A stretch of 64,000 nt of DNA from contig CALGLE010000004.1 of NCBI GenBank assembly GCA_937930305.1, positions 156,920 to 220,919 on the forward strand, given 5' to 3'. Source of the DNA: an uncultured Granulosicoccaceae bacterium (GTDB lineage Bacteria > Pseudomonadota > Gammaproteobacteria > Granulosicoccales > Granulosicoccaceae). The translations under genes were made by a program, and so were the position numbers. The notes under the pieces were generated by a model. That model had not been told where the DNA came from and did not search any database. It saw nothing but the letters and a program-made list of their open reading frames with translations. Positions 36,456 through 44,876 of the stretch are shown here, piece after piece (the stretch's first letter is position 1; each line of letters begins with the position of its first letter).

Positions 36456-37091
36456 TTGAGTTACGAAACAGAAGAACAGCAGGTTGAAGCCCTAAAAGCC
36501 TGGTGGGATGAGAACGGTCGTGCGGTACTGCTAGGTGTTGGTCTCGGTATCCTGATCATTGCCGCTTACAATTTTTGGCAGCATCGAAAAGAACAAGCCG
36601 CGGTTGAGGCATCGGATTTGTACAGTCAATCCATGGATGCACTGCGTGCCGGTGATACGGATAAAGCTCAAGCGCTCGCGAAAGAGCTTAGTGATGAGCA
36701 CGGTGGGGCGCTGTATGCCAGTTACGCTAGAATGGCTGCCGCTCGTGCCGCTATTGAAGCCGGTGATATTCAAGCGGCTGCAGATCACTTGTCGTGGACG
36801 GTGAAAAACACCGATCACCCCGATGTGAAGGTGATCGCACAAATTCGGTTGGCCCGTGTGCACGCGGAATTAGGCGACACCGATGCAGGTTTGAAGGCCT
36901 TACCAAAGGGTGCGCACGAAGCTTTCACTGGCATGGTCGAAGAAGTGCGCGGGGATTTACATGCCTTAGCCGGTGATTTGGCTGCGGCCCGATCGGCGTA
37001 TCAAGCAGCGCAGGAAGCCGGTGGTGTGGCAAACCCGCAAACCTTGGAAATTAAATTGAATGATCTTGCTGAGCCTGCTGATGCCAGCTAG
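36456..37091 (+). CDS. yfgM: YfgM family TPR membrane protein
   Basis: 'ETEEQQVEALKAWWDENG', single TM, TPR-like helices, 'GD'; located between hisS and bamB. Confidence 0.88.
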   Translation: MSYETEEQQVEALKAWWDENGRAVLLGVGLGILIIAAYNFWQHRKEQAAVEASDLYSQSMDALRAGDTDKAQALAKELSDEHGGALYASYARMAAARAAIEAGDIQAAADHLSWTVKNTDHPDVKVIAQIRLARVHAELGDTDAGLKALPKGAHEAFTGMVEEVRGDLHALAGDLAAARSAYQAAQEAGGVANPQTLEIKLNDLAEPADAS

Positions 37092-38232
37092 GTCGGAAAA
37101 CCGACTCAGTCTCGCCTGTAAGGCCGTTTTTTTGGCAGTGCTGGTCAGTGGCTGCGCTACTGAACCCCCGCCTGTACCACCGGCGGAACTGCTGTTGCTC
37201 AATGCCAAAGCGGAAATGAAATCGGAGTGGCGTAAATCCGGTTTCTATGCGGGCCGAAGCCAACTGCAACCCTTACCCTTGGCCGAAGGTCTTTATGTAG
37301 CGTCCCGTGAAGGGGTGGTGCAGCGTTTAGACCGAATCACAGGCAAATCAGACTGGAAGCGAGACCTTAACCAGACGCTGGGTGCTGGTGTGGGTGGAGA
37401 TGGAGACAGAGTCTTTGTTAGTACCGAAGACGGTACCGTGTTTGCGTTGGATTCGGAAACAGGCGAGACGCTTTGGACGCAAGCCGCGTCTTCGGAAGTA
37501 CTGGTGCCAGCCGTGGCTCGATTTGGTGCCGTAGTGGTGCGCAGCGCCGATGGCCGAATCGTCGTACTGGAACCTGAAACCGGTGCCGAGCGTTGGTCGG
37601 CATCGTTTACGCCACCGGCTTTAACGCTAAACGGATACAGCACACCCGTTGTTGTAGACGGTGGTGTATTGGTTGGCTTGGATGATGGGCGCGTGATTGC
37701 TTTGGCGTTAGATTCGGGTCGAGTCATTTGGGAATCGATAGTCAGTGTTCCCAGCGGTCGTTCAGAAGTCGAACGTTTAGTGGATATTGATGGTGATATT
37801 CAAATTGACGATGAGGCGATTTATTTAGCTTCTTACCGAGGTCGTATCGTTCGCATCGAACCTGCCCAAGGCAACATTGTTTGGTCAACGCCGATGTCGT
37901 CTACTGCGGGTGTGTTGTTAGGCAGTGACAAGATTTATGTGGTGAACGAGGAAGACTCGGTTCTAGAAGTAGACAAAGTTACCGGTGTAATTGGCTGGGA
38001 ACAGAAAGCGCTACGCGGTCGACGACTTACCCGTCCTGTAGCGGTAAGCGATGACACCTTACTCGTTGCAGATTTTGAAGGTTACGCGCATTTGATTAGC
38101 GCGAGAACTGGCGAGCTGGTGGGCCGAACGCGGGTCGGCAAAAAAGCGATTCGAACAACGCCGACGCAAGTGGGTGACATCATTTATATTCAGTCATCGG
38201 ACGGTGCATTAGCCGCTCTGCGGCAGCGGTAA
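37081..38232 (+). CDS. bamB: Outer membrane protein assembly factor BamB
   Basis: Lipobox 'LVSGC', PQQ-type beta-propeller repeats, 'SEVERLVDID'. Confidence 0.92.
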   Translation: MPARSENRLSLACKAVFLAVLVSGCATEPPPVPPAELLLLNAKAEMKSEWRKSGFYAGRSQLQPLPLAEGLYVASREGVVQRLDRITGKSDWKRDLNQTLGAGVGGDGDRVFVSTEDGTVFALDSETGETLWTQAASSEVLVPAVARFGAVVVRSADGRIVVLEPETGAERWSASFTPPALTLNGYSTPVVVDGGVLVGLDDGRVIALALDSGRVIWESIVSVPSGRSEVERLVDIDGDIQIDDEAIYLASYRGRIVRIEPAQGNIVWSTPMSSTAGVLLGSDKIYVVNEEDSVLEVDKVTGVIGWEQKALRGRRLTRPVAVSDDTLLVADFEGYAHLISARTGELVGRTRVGKKAIRTTPTQVGDIIYIQSSDGALAALRQR

Positions 38233-38252
38233 GCACCCGTCAACAACCCTAT

Positions 38253-39752
38253 ATGAAACCGGTAATCGCCCTAGTGGGCCGACCCAACGTTGGAAAATCC
38301 ACGCTTTTTAACAAGCTAACTAAAACGCGTGATGCGTTAGTGGCCGATTTTCCAGGGCTAACACGCGATCGTCAATATGGCGATGGTCGAGTGGGTGGTT
38401 TTGACTATCTGATTATTGATACGGGTGGTTTATCGGGTGAGCCTGAAACCCTAGATGCCGCCATGGCAGATCAAACGTTGCAAGCGGTTGTTGAGGCTGA
38501 TTTAGTCGTGTTCTTAGTGGATGGACGCGATGGCTCCACATCCATTGATGAAGACATTGCCGATGTTTTGCGGCGCATGGCCAAACCGATTGTTCTGTGC
38601 GTAAATAAAACCGATGGCATTGGTGATGAGCAAGCTCAGTTAGATTTTTACGCCTTAGGTTTTGAGCACATGGTGAGTGTTGCTGCTGCCCATAACCGAG
38701 GCTTAGGCAGCTTGATGAGTGAGGCTGCAGCCATACTCGGTGTTGAAGTGGCCGATGAGGCAAAACGTAAGTCCCGTAAAGAGCGTCGCAAGTTAGCGGA
38801 AGAAGCCGAAGCTTTGAAAGCGTTGGAAGAAACAGACGACACCGATTCTAATGCGGATGCGTTTGTTGAAAGGGACATCGCTTCAGGCGACTTACGGATC
38901 GCTTTTGTTGGGCGGCCCAACGTTGGTAAATCCACGTTAATTAATCGATTGGTGGGCGATGAGCGGGTTATCGCCTATGATCAACCGGGTACCACACGTG
39001 ATTCTGTGCACGTGCCGTTTTCTCGTGGCGGAAAGGAATACACTTTAGTGGATACCGCGGGTGTGCGTCGACGCGGCAAGGTGAGTGAAACGGTAGAGAA
39101 GTTCAGTATTATAAAAACCTTACAAGCCATCGACGACAGTAACGTGTGTGTGATGTTGTTGGATGCGGCCGATGGGGTCACTGAACAAGACATGCATTTG
39201 CTGGGACACATTATTGAAAAAGGCAGAGCCCTGGTTGTGGCCGTTAACAAATGGGATACCTTAACCACTGAAGAGCGTGAGAACGTTAAGACGGTTTTAG
39301 AACGCCGTGTTGAGTTCCTAAAATTTACGCGTATACATTTCATCAGTGCCTTGAAAGGGTCTGGTGTTAATGATTTATTTAAGTCCGTTAACCGAGCCTA
39401 CGCCTCAGCGTTTGCAAAATTTCAAACGCCGCGCTTAACTCGTTTGCTGGAAGTGGCCGTGCAGCAGCATCAACCGCCGCTGAAATCAGGACGCAGAATA
39501 AAGCTGCGGTACGCGCACCAAGGCGGAATGAATCCACCGGTTATCGTTGTGCATGGCAATCAAGCATCGAAAACGCCAGTAGCGTACCAACGTTATCTTG
39601 TCAATCAATTCATGAAGTCACTGCATTTATTTGGTACCCCGTTGCGGCTTGAATTGAGGGACGGTGAGAATCCGTTCGCGAAAAAGCCCAAACGCGTCAA
39701 ACCTCCGAAAAAAGAGGCTTTCAAAGAGCGAAAACGTAATACCGATCGTTGA
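38253..39752 (+). CDS. der: Ribosome biogenesis GTPase Der (EngA)
   Basis: Two 'GRPNVGKS' G-domains, 'DTGG'/'DTAG', 'NKTD'/'NKWD', KH-like C-terminus. Confidence 0.98.
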   Translation: MKPVIALVGRPNVGKSTLFNKLTKTRDALVADFPGLTRDRQYGDGRVGGFDYLIIDTGGLSGEPETLDAAMADQTLQAVVEADLVVFLVDGRDGSTSIDEDIADVLRRMAKPIVLCVNKTDGIGDEQAQLDFYALGFEHMVSVAAAHNRGLGSLMSEAAAILGVEVADEAKRKSRKERRKLAEEAEALKALEETDDTDSNADAFVERDIASGDLRIAFVGRPNVGKSTLINRLVGDERVIAYDQPGTTRDSVHVPFSRGGKEYTLVDTAGVRRRGKVSETVEKFSIIKTLQAIDDSNVCVMLLDAADGVTEQDMHLLGHIIEKGRALVVAVNKWDTLTTEERENVKTVLERRVEFLKFTRIHFISALKGSGVNDLFKSVNRAYASAFAKFQTPRLTRLLEVAVQQHQPPLKSGRRIKLRYAHQGGMNPPVIVVHGNQASKTPVAYQRYLVNQFMKSLHLFGTPLRLELRDGENPFAKKPKRVKPPKKEAFKERKRNTDR

Positions 39753-39830
39753 AACTTGACCAACAACGCCTTTTAAATTTGCGAATCTGGCGTATTGCCT
39801 GTACATTTTGTAAAACGTCAGGAGGTTGCA

Positions 39831-41456
39831 ATGATCGGATCGATGATGTCTACATCGCTCACAGTTCCTTCGTTGTTGGACCATGCCAATCGCTATCATG
39901 CCAGTACAGAAGTGGTGTCAGTGGCAACCGGTGGCGGGGTCGAACGCCATACCTGGCACGATATCTGGGTAAACGCTAGAAAACTGGCTTCGGCATTAAC
40001 TAAATTAGGCTTACCTGCTGGTTCCCGTGTTAGCACGATAGCGTGGAACAACCATCGTCATCTTGAAATTTACTTTGGCGTATCCGGCGCAGGCATGGTT
40101 TGCCACACCATAAATCCTCGTTTGTTTCCTGAACAATTGATCTACATCATCAATCACGCTGAGGATGCGGTGTTGTTTGTTGATGAAACGTTTTTACCGC
40201 TGGTTGGGAAAATTTATCGTTCACTTAGCACGGTTAAACACATTGTCTTAATGGGGAACACAAAGCCAAAAGAAACCTATGGCTTAAACGTGTTGTTGTT
40301 CGATGAACTGCTGCATCACGAGTCTGAATTTGACGGTTGGGCAGACATTGATGAAAATCAACCTTCCAGTCTTTGTTACACCTCGGGTACCACTGGAAAT
40401 CCTAAAGGGGTTTTGTATACACATCGCTCAACGGTGTTGCATTCCTTGGGTGGGAATCAACCGGATGGTTTGGCGATATCTGCGCGTGATTGCGTGCTGC
40501 CCGTGGTACCCATGTTTCATGTGAACGCCTGGGGCGTACCTTATGTTGCGGCCGCTACCGGGTGTAAGTTGATTTTGCCAGGGCCTGGGTTAGATGGCGC
40601 AAGTTTGGTTGAACTCATTGATTCAGAAAAAGTCACCTTAGCGCTAGGCGTTCCAACGATCTGGCAGGGGCTATTGGCTGCACTGGGCAGTTCAGGCAGT
40701 AAAGCATCCAGTTTAAAGCGCACGATTGTGGGTGGCTCGGCCTTACCACCCAGCATGATTCAGATTTTTCGCGACCAGTACGATGTGGAATTGGTGCACG
40801 CCTGGGGTATGACGGAAACGAGCCCTTTGGGTTCGATAAACAACTTGTTGGCGAAACACGGTGAATTAGATGAAGATACACAAGCCTTGCTTCGGTTAGG
40901 GCAGGGGCGTCCACCTTATGGTGTTGAATTGCGATTAGTTGATGATAAAGCGTTTGTTCTTCCCAACGACGGTAAAACTCAAGGGCAGCTGCAAATACGC
41001 GGACATTGGATAGTCGACACGTACTTTAATGCTGAGCAATCAGCCTTAACAACTGACGGCTGGTTCGATACGGGTGATATTGCCACACTGGATTCTGATG
41101 GGTACCTCGTGATTCGGGATCGCGCTAAAGACATCATAAAATCGGGTGGTGAATGGATCTCTACTGTTGAACTGGAAAATATTGCTGTGGCGCATCCGAA
41201 TGTGCAATCGGCAGCGGTGATTGCCGCGCGACATGAAAAATGGGATGAGCGTCCATTGTTAATCGTTGTAGAGAAAGAAGGCGCTGATATCGATGAGGCC
41301 GAGTTGTTGAGTTTTTATGTGGATAAAGTGGCTAAATGGCAGATTCCGGATCGTGTCATTGTGGTTGATGCCCTGCCGTTGGGTGGTACCGGAAAAATTT
41401 TGAAAAATCGGTTACGCGAAACCTACGGTGATGCATTACTTGCAGAGCCTGCATGA
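39831..41456 (+). CDS. Acyl-CoA ligase, AlkK/DmdB (3-methylmercaptopropionyl-CoA ligase)-like
   Basis: 'YTSGTTGNPKG', 'PMFHVNAWG', 'AWGMTE', 'TGD', 'KSGGEWIS', 'GKILK'; GGAGG RBS before ATG 39831. Confidence 0.88.
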   Translation: MIGSMMSTSLTVPSLLDHANRYHASTEVVSVATGGGVERHTWHDIWVNARKLASALTKLGLPAGSRVSTIAWNNHRHLEIYFGVSGAGMVCHTINPRLFPEQLIYIINHAEDAVLFVDETFLPLVGKIYRSLSTVKHIVLMGNTKPKETYGLNVLLFDELLHHESEFDGWADIDENQPSSLCYTSGTTGNPKGVLYTHRSTVLHSLGGNQPDGLAISARDCVLPVVPMFHVNAWGVPYVAAATGCKLILPGPGLDGASLVELIDSEKVTLALGVPTIWQGLLAALGSSGSKASSLKRTIVGGSALPPSMIQIFRDQYDVELVHAWGMTETSPLGSINNLLAKHGELDEDTQALLRLGQGRPPYGVELRLVDDKAFVLPNDGKTQGQLQIRGHWIVDTYFNAEQSALTTDGWFDTGDIATLDSDGYLVIRDRAKDIIKSGGEWISTVELENIAVAHPNVQSAAVIAARHEKWDERPLLIVVEKEGADIDEAELLSFYVDKVAKWQIPDRVIVVDALPLGGTGKILKNRLRETYGDALLAEPA

Positions 41457-42052
41457 CGAACGCGGTAACACACCTAGTTTTTGATCTGGGTGGGGTAATT
41501 GTCAAATTACGAGGAACTCCGGTTCCGTTGAAGTGGTTCCCGGTTAGCGACAAACCGGATGATGTTTGGCAGCGATGGTTGACCAGTGATGCACCGAGGT
41601 TGTTTGAAGCAGGGAAAATTGCGCCTAAGGAATTTTCTGAACAGCTGGTGCAAGAGCTCAGCTTATCGGTTACTGCTGAACAGTTTTTGGAATACTTTCG
41701 GGATTTACCCGAATGCGTGTTTGATGGGGCTTTACCGTTACTGGTAGAGGTCAAGCAGCGCTACACAACTGCGTGTTATTCCAATTCCAACGAATTGCAT
41801 TGGCATGGGAAAATGATTGAAATGGGGCTTGCTCCGTATTTTGATCATCACTTTGCGTCTCATCTCATGGGCATAGTGAAGCCGGATGTGGAAGGGTTTC
41901 ATTTCATCGCTGATGCGCTTAATGTGGATGCATCGAATATCTTGTTTCTGGACGACAACCAATTGAACGTCGATGCGGCCCAAGCTGCCGGGTGGCAAGC
42001 GCTGAGAGTTGTGGGTGTGGATGAGCTTCAACAGGCGCTTTCGCTGCTGTGA
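41453..42052 (+). CDS. HAD family phosphatase (YihX-like)
   Basis: 'FDLGGVI', 'SNSN', 'KPD', 'FLDDN..NV..A...G'. Confidence 0.88.
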   Translation: MTNAVTHLVFDLGGVIVKLRGTPVPLKWFPVSDKPDDVWQRWLTSDAPRLFEAGKIAPKEFSEQLVQELSLSVTAEQFLEYFRDLPECVFDGALPLLVEVKQRYTTACYSNSNELHWHGKMIEMGLAPYFDHHFASHLMGIVKPDVEGFHFIADALNVDASNILFLDDNQLNVDAAQAAGWQALRVVGVDELQQALSLL

Positions 42053-42134
42053 TTTTCGCTTAAATAAAGTGCTTCAGTTTTTTGTGTCTGACCCGTTAGT
42101 TGTACTTAAGTGTAAATTATTTACTGGGTGAGAC

Positions 42135-43163
42135 GTGGTACATCATTGGCTGAATTGGAACGCAGAAACTGACAATGTCATCATCTCTAATCATTTCAGC
42201 TTGTGTATTGGTTCGTGTACTAGTGATCAATGCTTTTCGGTAGATCAAAAACTTAGCGCAGGGGAGCCGGCGGCAAACGTGTTGGACGGTTCGCGTTTAA
42301 CACTAATAAAATTTAGTTCGTTTATTAGTATTCGCTACGTTCGTAAAGCAACGGCTGTACTCATAAAATATCGCACTCAAAATAATACGAAGACCCGAGA
42401 AATTGAACTCGGTAGCCCAGAGAAAGCTGAAGAGCTGTTTGATCACTTAAGTCAATACCTATCTTCAAGCATGGACAAGTGTTCGGGGGATCACTCTCGA
42501 AATTATGGACTCATGCTGGTGATTTGCAGTGTGTTTTTTAGCGCGGTTTTTTTGTACGCGTATTTTAATAAATTTCGCCTGCTCGCCTATCTGTTGCCCT
42601 TGTTTTGTGTGCTAGGTGTCTTGGCGTACGTCATTCGAATGGAAAATATACAGCGGCGAATAACGCGTTGGACCAGCGAACCCGATCGGCAAAGTTTGAA
42701 AATTCCTGCCCTGAGAGCCATGGGGGCCTGTTTGATATTCAGCACGCTGTCCCTATGTGTGTCGCCGTTTTTTGCAGATCGCTATGGTCACAAAGCGCTT
42801 TACTCGGCAGCCCAAGGCAACGCATTGCAGGTGGCTGACATTGCTGGCTTTTTAGATCGCGGTTCTTCCGTTAACTACCTTCACACTGACAATACATCCG
42901 CGCTGTGGTGGTCAATAAAAAACCAGGCTCATCCCGTCTCGCTAAAGCTCATTGAATTAGGCGCGGATGTGCGGGTGAAGCAGGGTGGGTTGCTGGAGCA
43001 TGCGTTGGCGAATGAGGCCAATGAAGTCGTGCTTCGCGCCATGCTTGATCGGGGTGCATTGGAATCCGCTGAACTCATGGGTAAGTTTGATACCAAACAT
43101 CATTTAAAAACTAACACCAACAACTTTGCGCGGGTGTTCCGACGTTATAGAGACTCACTATAA
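42135..43163 (+). CDS. Hypothetical membrane protein with C-terminal ankyrin-like repeats
   Basis: 342-aa ORF, three hydrophobic segments, 'GHKALYSAA', 'FLDRGSSVN', 'TSALWWS', 'LIELGADV'. Confidence 0.6.
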   Translation: MVHHWLNWNAETDNVIISNHFSLCIGSCTSDQCFSVDQKLSAGEPAANVLDGSRLTLIKFSSFISIRYVRKATAVLIKYRTQNNTKTREIELGSPEKAEELFDHLSQYLSSSMDKCSGDHSRNYGLMLVICSVFFSAVFLYAYFNKFRLLAYLLPLFCVLGVLAYVIRMENIQRRITRWTSEPDRQSLKIPALRAMGACLIFSTLSLCVSPFFADRYGHKALYSAAQGNALQVADIAGFLDRGSSVNYLHTDNTSALWWSIKNQAHPVSLKLIELGADVRVKQGGLLEHALANEANEVVLRAMLDRGALESAELMGKFDTKHHLKTNTNNFARVFRRYRDSL

Positions 43164-43180
43164 CGGTCGTTGTCCAACGC

Positions 43181-44035
43181 TTAATCGTGGGCCAAGGCCA
43201 GTGTTGGGTCAACCCAGGTACCGTTTAAACCCAGCGACCAATGTAAATGGGCGCCGGTGACTCGGCCCGTTGCGCCTACGGTGCCAATCATATCGCCTTG
43301 CTGCACTGTCGTCCCAATATCAACGGCTATCGAGTCCATGTGGGCATAGAAGGTTTGTACACCCTGTCCGTGCTCAATAAAAACTGAGTTACCGTTAAAA
43401 AAGTAATCCCCCGTGTCAATAACTTTGCCATCAGCCGGGGCAAATATGGGGGTGCCGGTTGGCATGGCGATGTCGATGCCGCCGTGGGGTTTTCTTGGTT
43501 CACCGTTATAAAACCTTTTCAGTCCAAACGTGCTGCTTATTGGACCTTCAACAGGCCATATAAAGTGGCTGGCAATCGGGGCGTCCCGGCGCATGCTTTT
43601 CACTTTTTTTAACCGGGCAGTTTCACTCTTGATACGTTTCATATCAAGCGGTGCGGGGTTTACTTTGCGTTTGTTTTTTATGGTAAGTCGCTGCTCATCG
43701 TAGCGAACAGGAATGATGTTAAAGGCAATGCGATATTGCCGCTCATCGGCTGTGACTGTAATAAAATCGGAATCAGCATTCGCGCTAAGCGGTATACCCA
43801 CAATCGCAAACCATTCTTTTTTGTCTGGCAGTACTGCAACCGCGCGTTGATTCCACTGTGCTGTGGGGCGTGGTTCTGAGCGTGTTACCCCAGTGGGTAC
43901 GATGGCGATGCCGCCTGGTACATTGTGGTGTTCGAATGGGCCCACTTGCACCTGGTCAGTTTCTGCAGCGGCTTTGCCGTTGAACGTAATGGTGAAACAG
44001 ATCAGTAAACAACTGGCAATTGCCTTAGTACGCAT
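43181..44035 (-). CDS. M23 family peptidoglycan metalloendopeptidase
   Basis: 'HGGID', 'YAHM', 'GRVTGAHLHW' M23 zinc motifs; signal peptide. Confidence 0.92.
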   Translation of the reverse strand: MRTKAIASCLLICFTITFNGKAAAETDQVQVGPFEHHNVPGGIAIVPTGVTRSEPRPTAQWNQRAVAVLPDKKEWFAIVGIPLSANADSDFITVTADERQYRIAFNIIPVRYDEQRLTIKNKRKVNPAPLDMKRIKSETARLKKVKSMRRDAPIASHFIWPVEGPISSTFGLKRFYNGEPRKPHGGIDIAMPTGTPIFAPADGKVIDTGDYFFNGNSVFIEHGQGVQTFYAHMDSIAVDIGTTVQQGDMIGTVGATGRVTGAHLHWSLGLNGTWVDPTLALAHD

Positions 44036-44828
44036 GCTTTAAACGCTCCACCCAAAGTGCAGTCGCGCCAGCAACCGCAGCTGGCATGACGATAAAATTG
44101 ATAATCGGAATGCTGCTCATCAGAGCCACCACGCAACCAAACCCAAAGGCTGCGGGTTTTTGTTTTCTGGCAAATTGGCGAACGTCGGCGAACACCGCAC
44201 CGTGATTGCCCATGGGATAGTCCCAGTATTCGATAGCGAACATCCAGGCCCCAAACAAGATAAGTAAAAACGGTGCAACTAAATTGATAATCGGGATCCA
44301 ATGCAAGATGCCGATACCCAGTAGCATCAACGCAAGATAAAGCAGTTTTCTAAGTTCGGAACCTATCGTGCGAGGTAATGCCTTTAGTAGCGCTCGAAAT
44401 GGGGTATCGGGCGCTGGGGTGCCAGTGAGATGCGCCTCCACCCGTTCCGCCAAAAGCCCATTAAATGGCGCGGCCACTAAATTTGAAAATAACGCGATGA
44501 GAAACAATACGATGGCGAACACCGCCACTACGATCAGAGCGCGGAAAAACCCCACCACAGCTCCTAACACCGGCACGTCCGATGCCCAACGCAGCACAGC
44601 AAACCCCTCTAGCCATCCTACAAACCAACTGTAGGCCGCCCAGCCGAATACACCGAAAACTGCGATATTGATCAATAGTGGCACGATCACAAAACGTCGA
44701 ATGCCCGAAGTGTTCACCAATTGAACACCTTTGAGCAGGTAGCGTGCTGAGGTTGCGAAATTTGGGTTACTCATAACTGAAGAATAGCCGCCATAGAAGG
44801 GTTTCGCCGAAACGAAAAGCCAGTACAA
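44025..44828 (-). CDS. cysZ: Sulfate transporter CysZ (EI24 domain)
   Basis: 'FVIVPLLINI', 'VAAPFNGLLAERVE', 'YWDYP', 'IPIINFIVMPAAVAGAT.LW'. Confidence 0.9.
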   Translation of the reverse strand: MYWLFVSAKPFYGGYSSVMSNPNFATSARYLLKGVQLVNTSGIRRFVIVPLLINIAVFGVFGWAAYSWFVGWLEGFAVLRWASDVPVLGAVVGFFRALIVVAVFAIVLFLIALFSNLVAAPFNGLLAERVEAHLTGTPAPDTPFRALLKALPRTIGSELRKLLYLALMLLGIGILHWIPIINLVAPFLLILFGAWMFAIEYWDYPMGNHGAVFADVRQFARKQKPAAFGFGCVVALMSSIPIINFIVMPAAVAGATALWVERLKHAY

Positions 44829-44876
44829 TGTGACTCTTCGAATAGCCTAACGCTGTGATAGCGAAGACACCATTTA

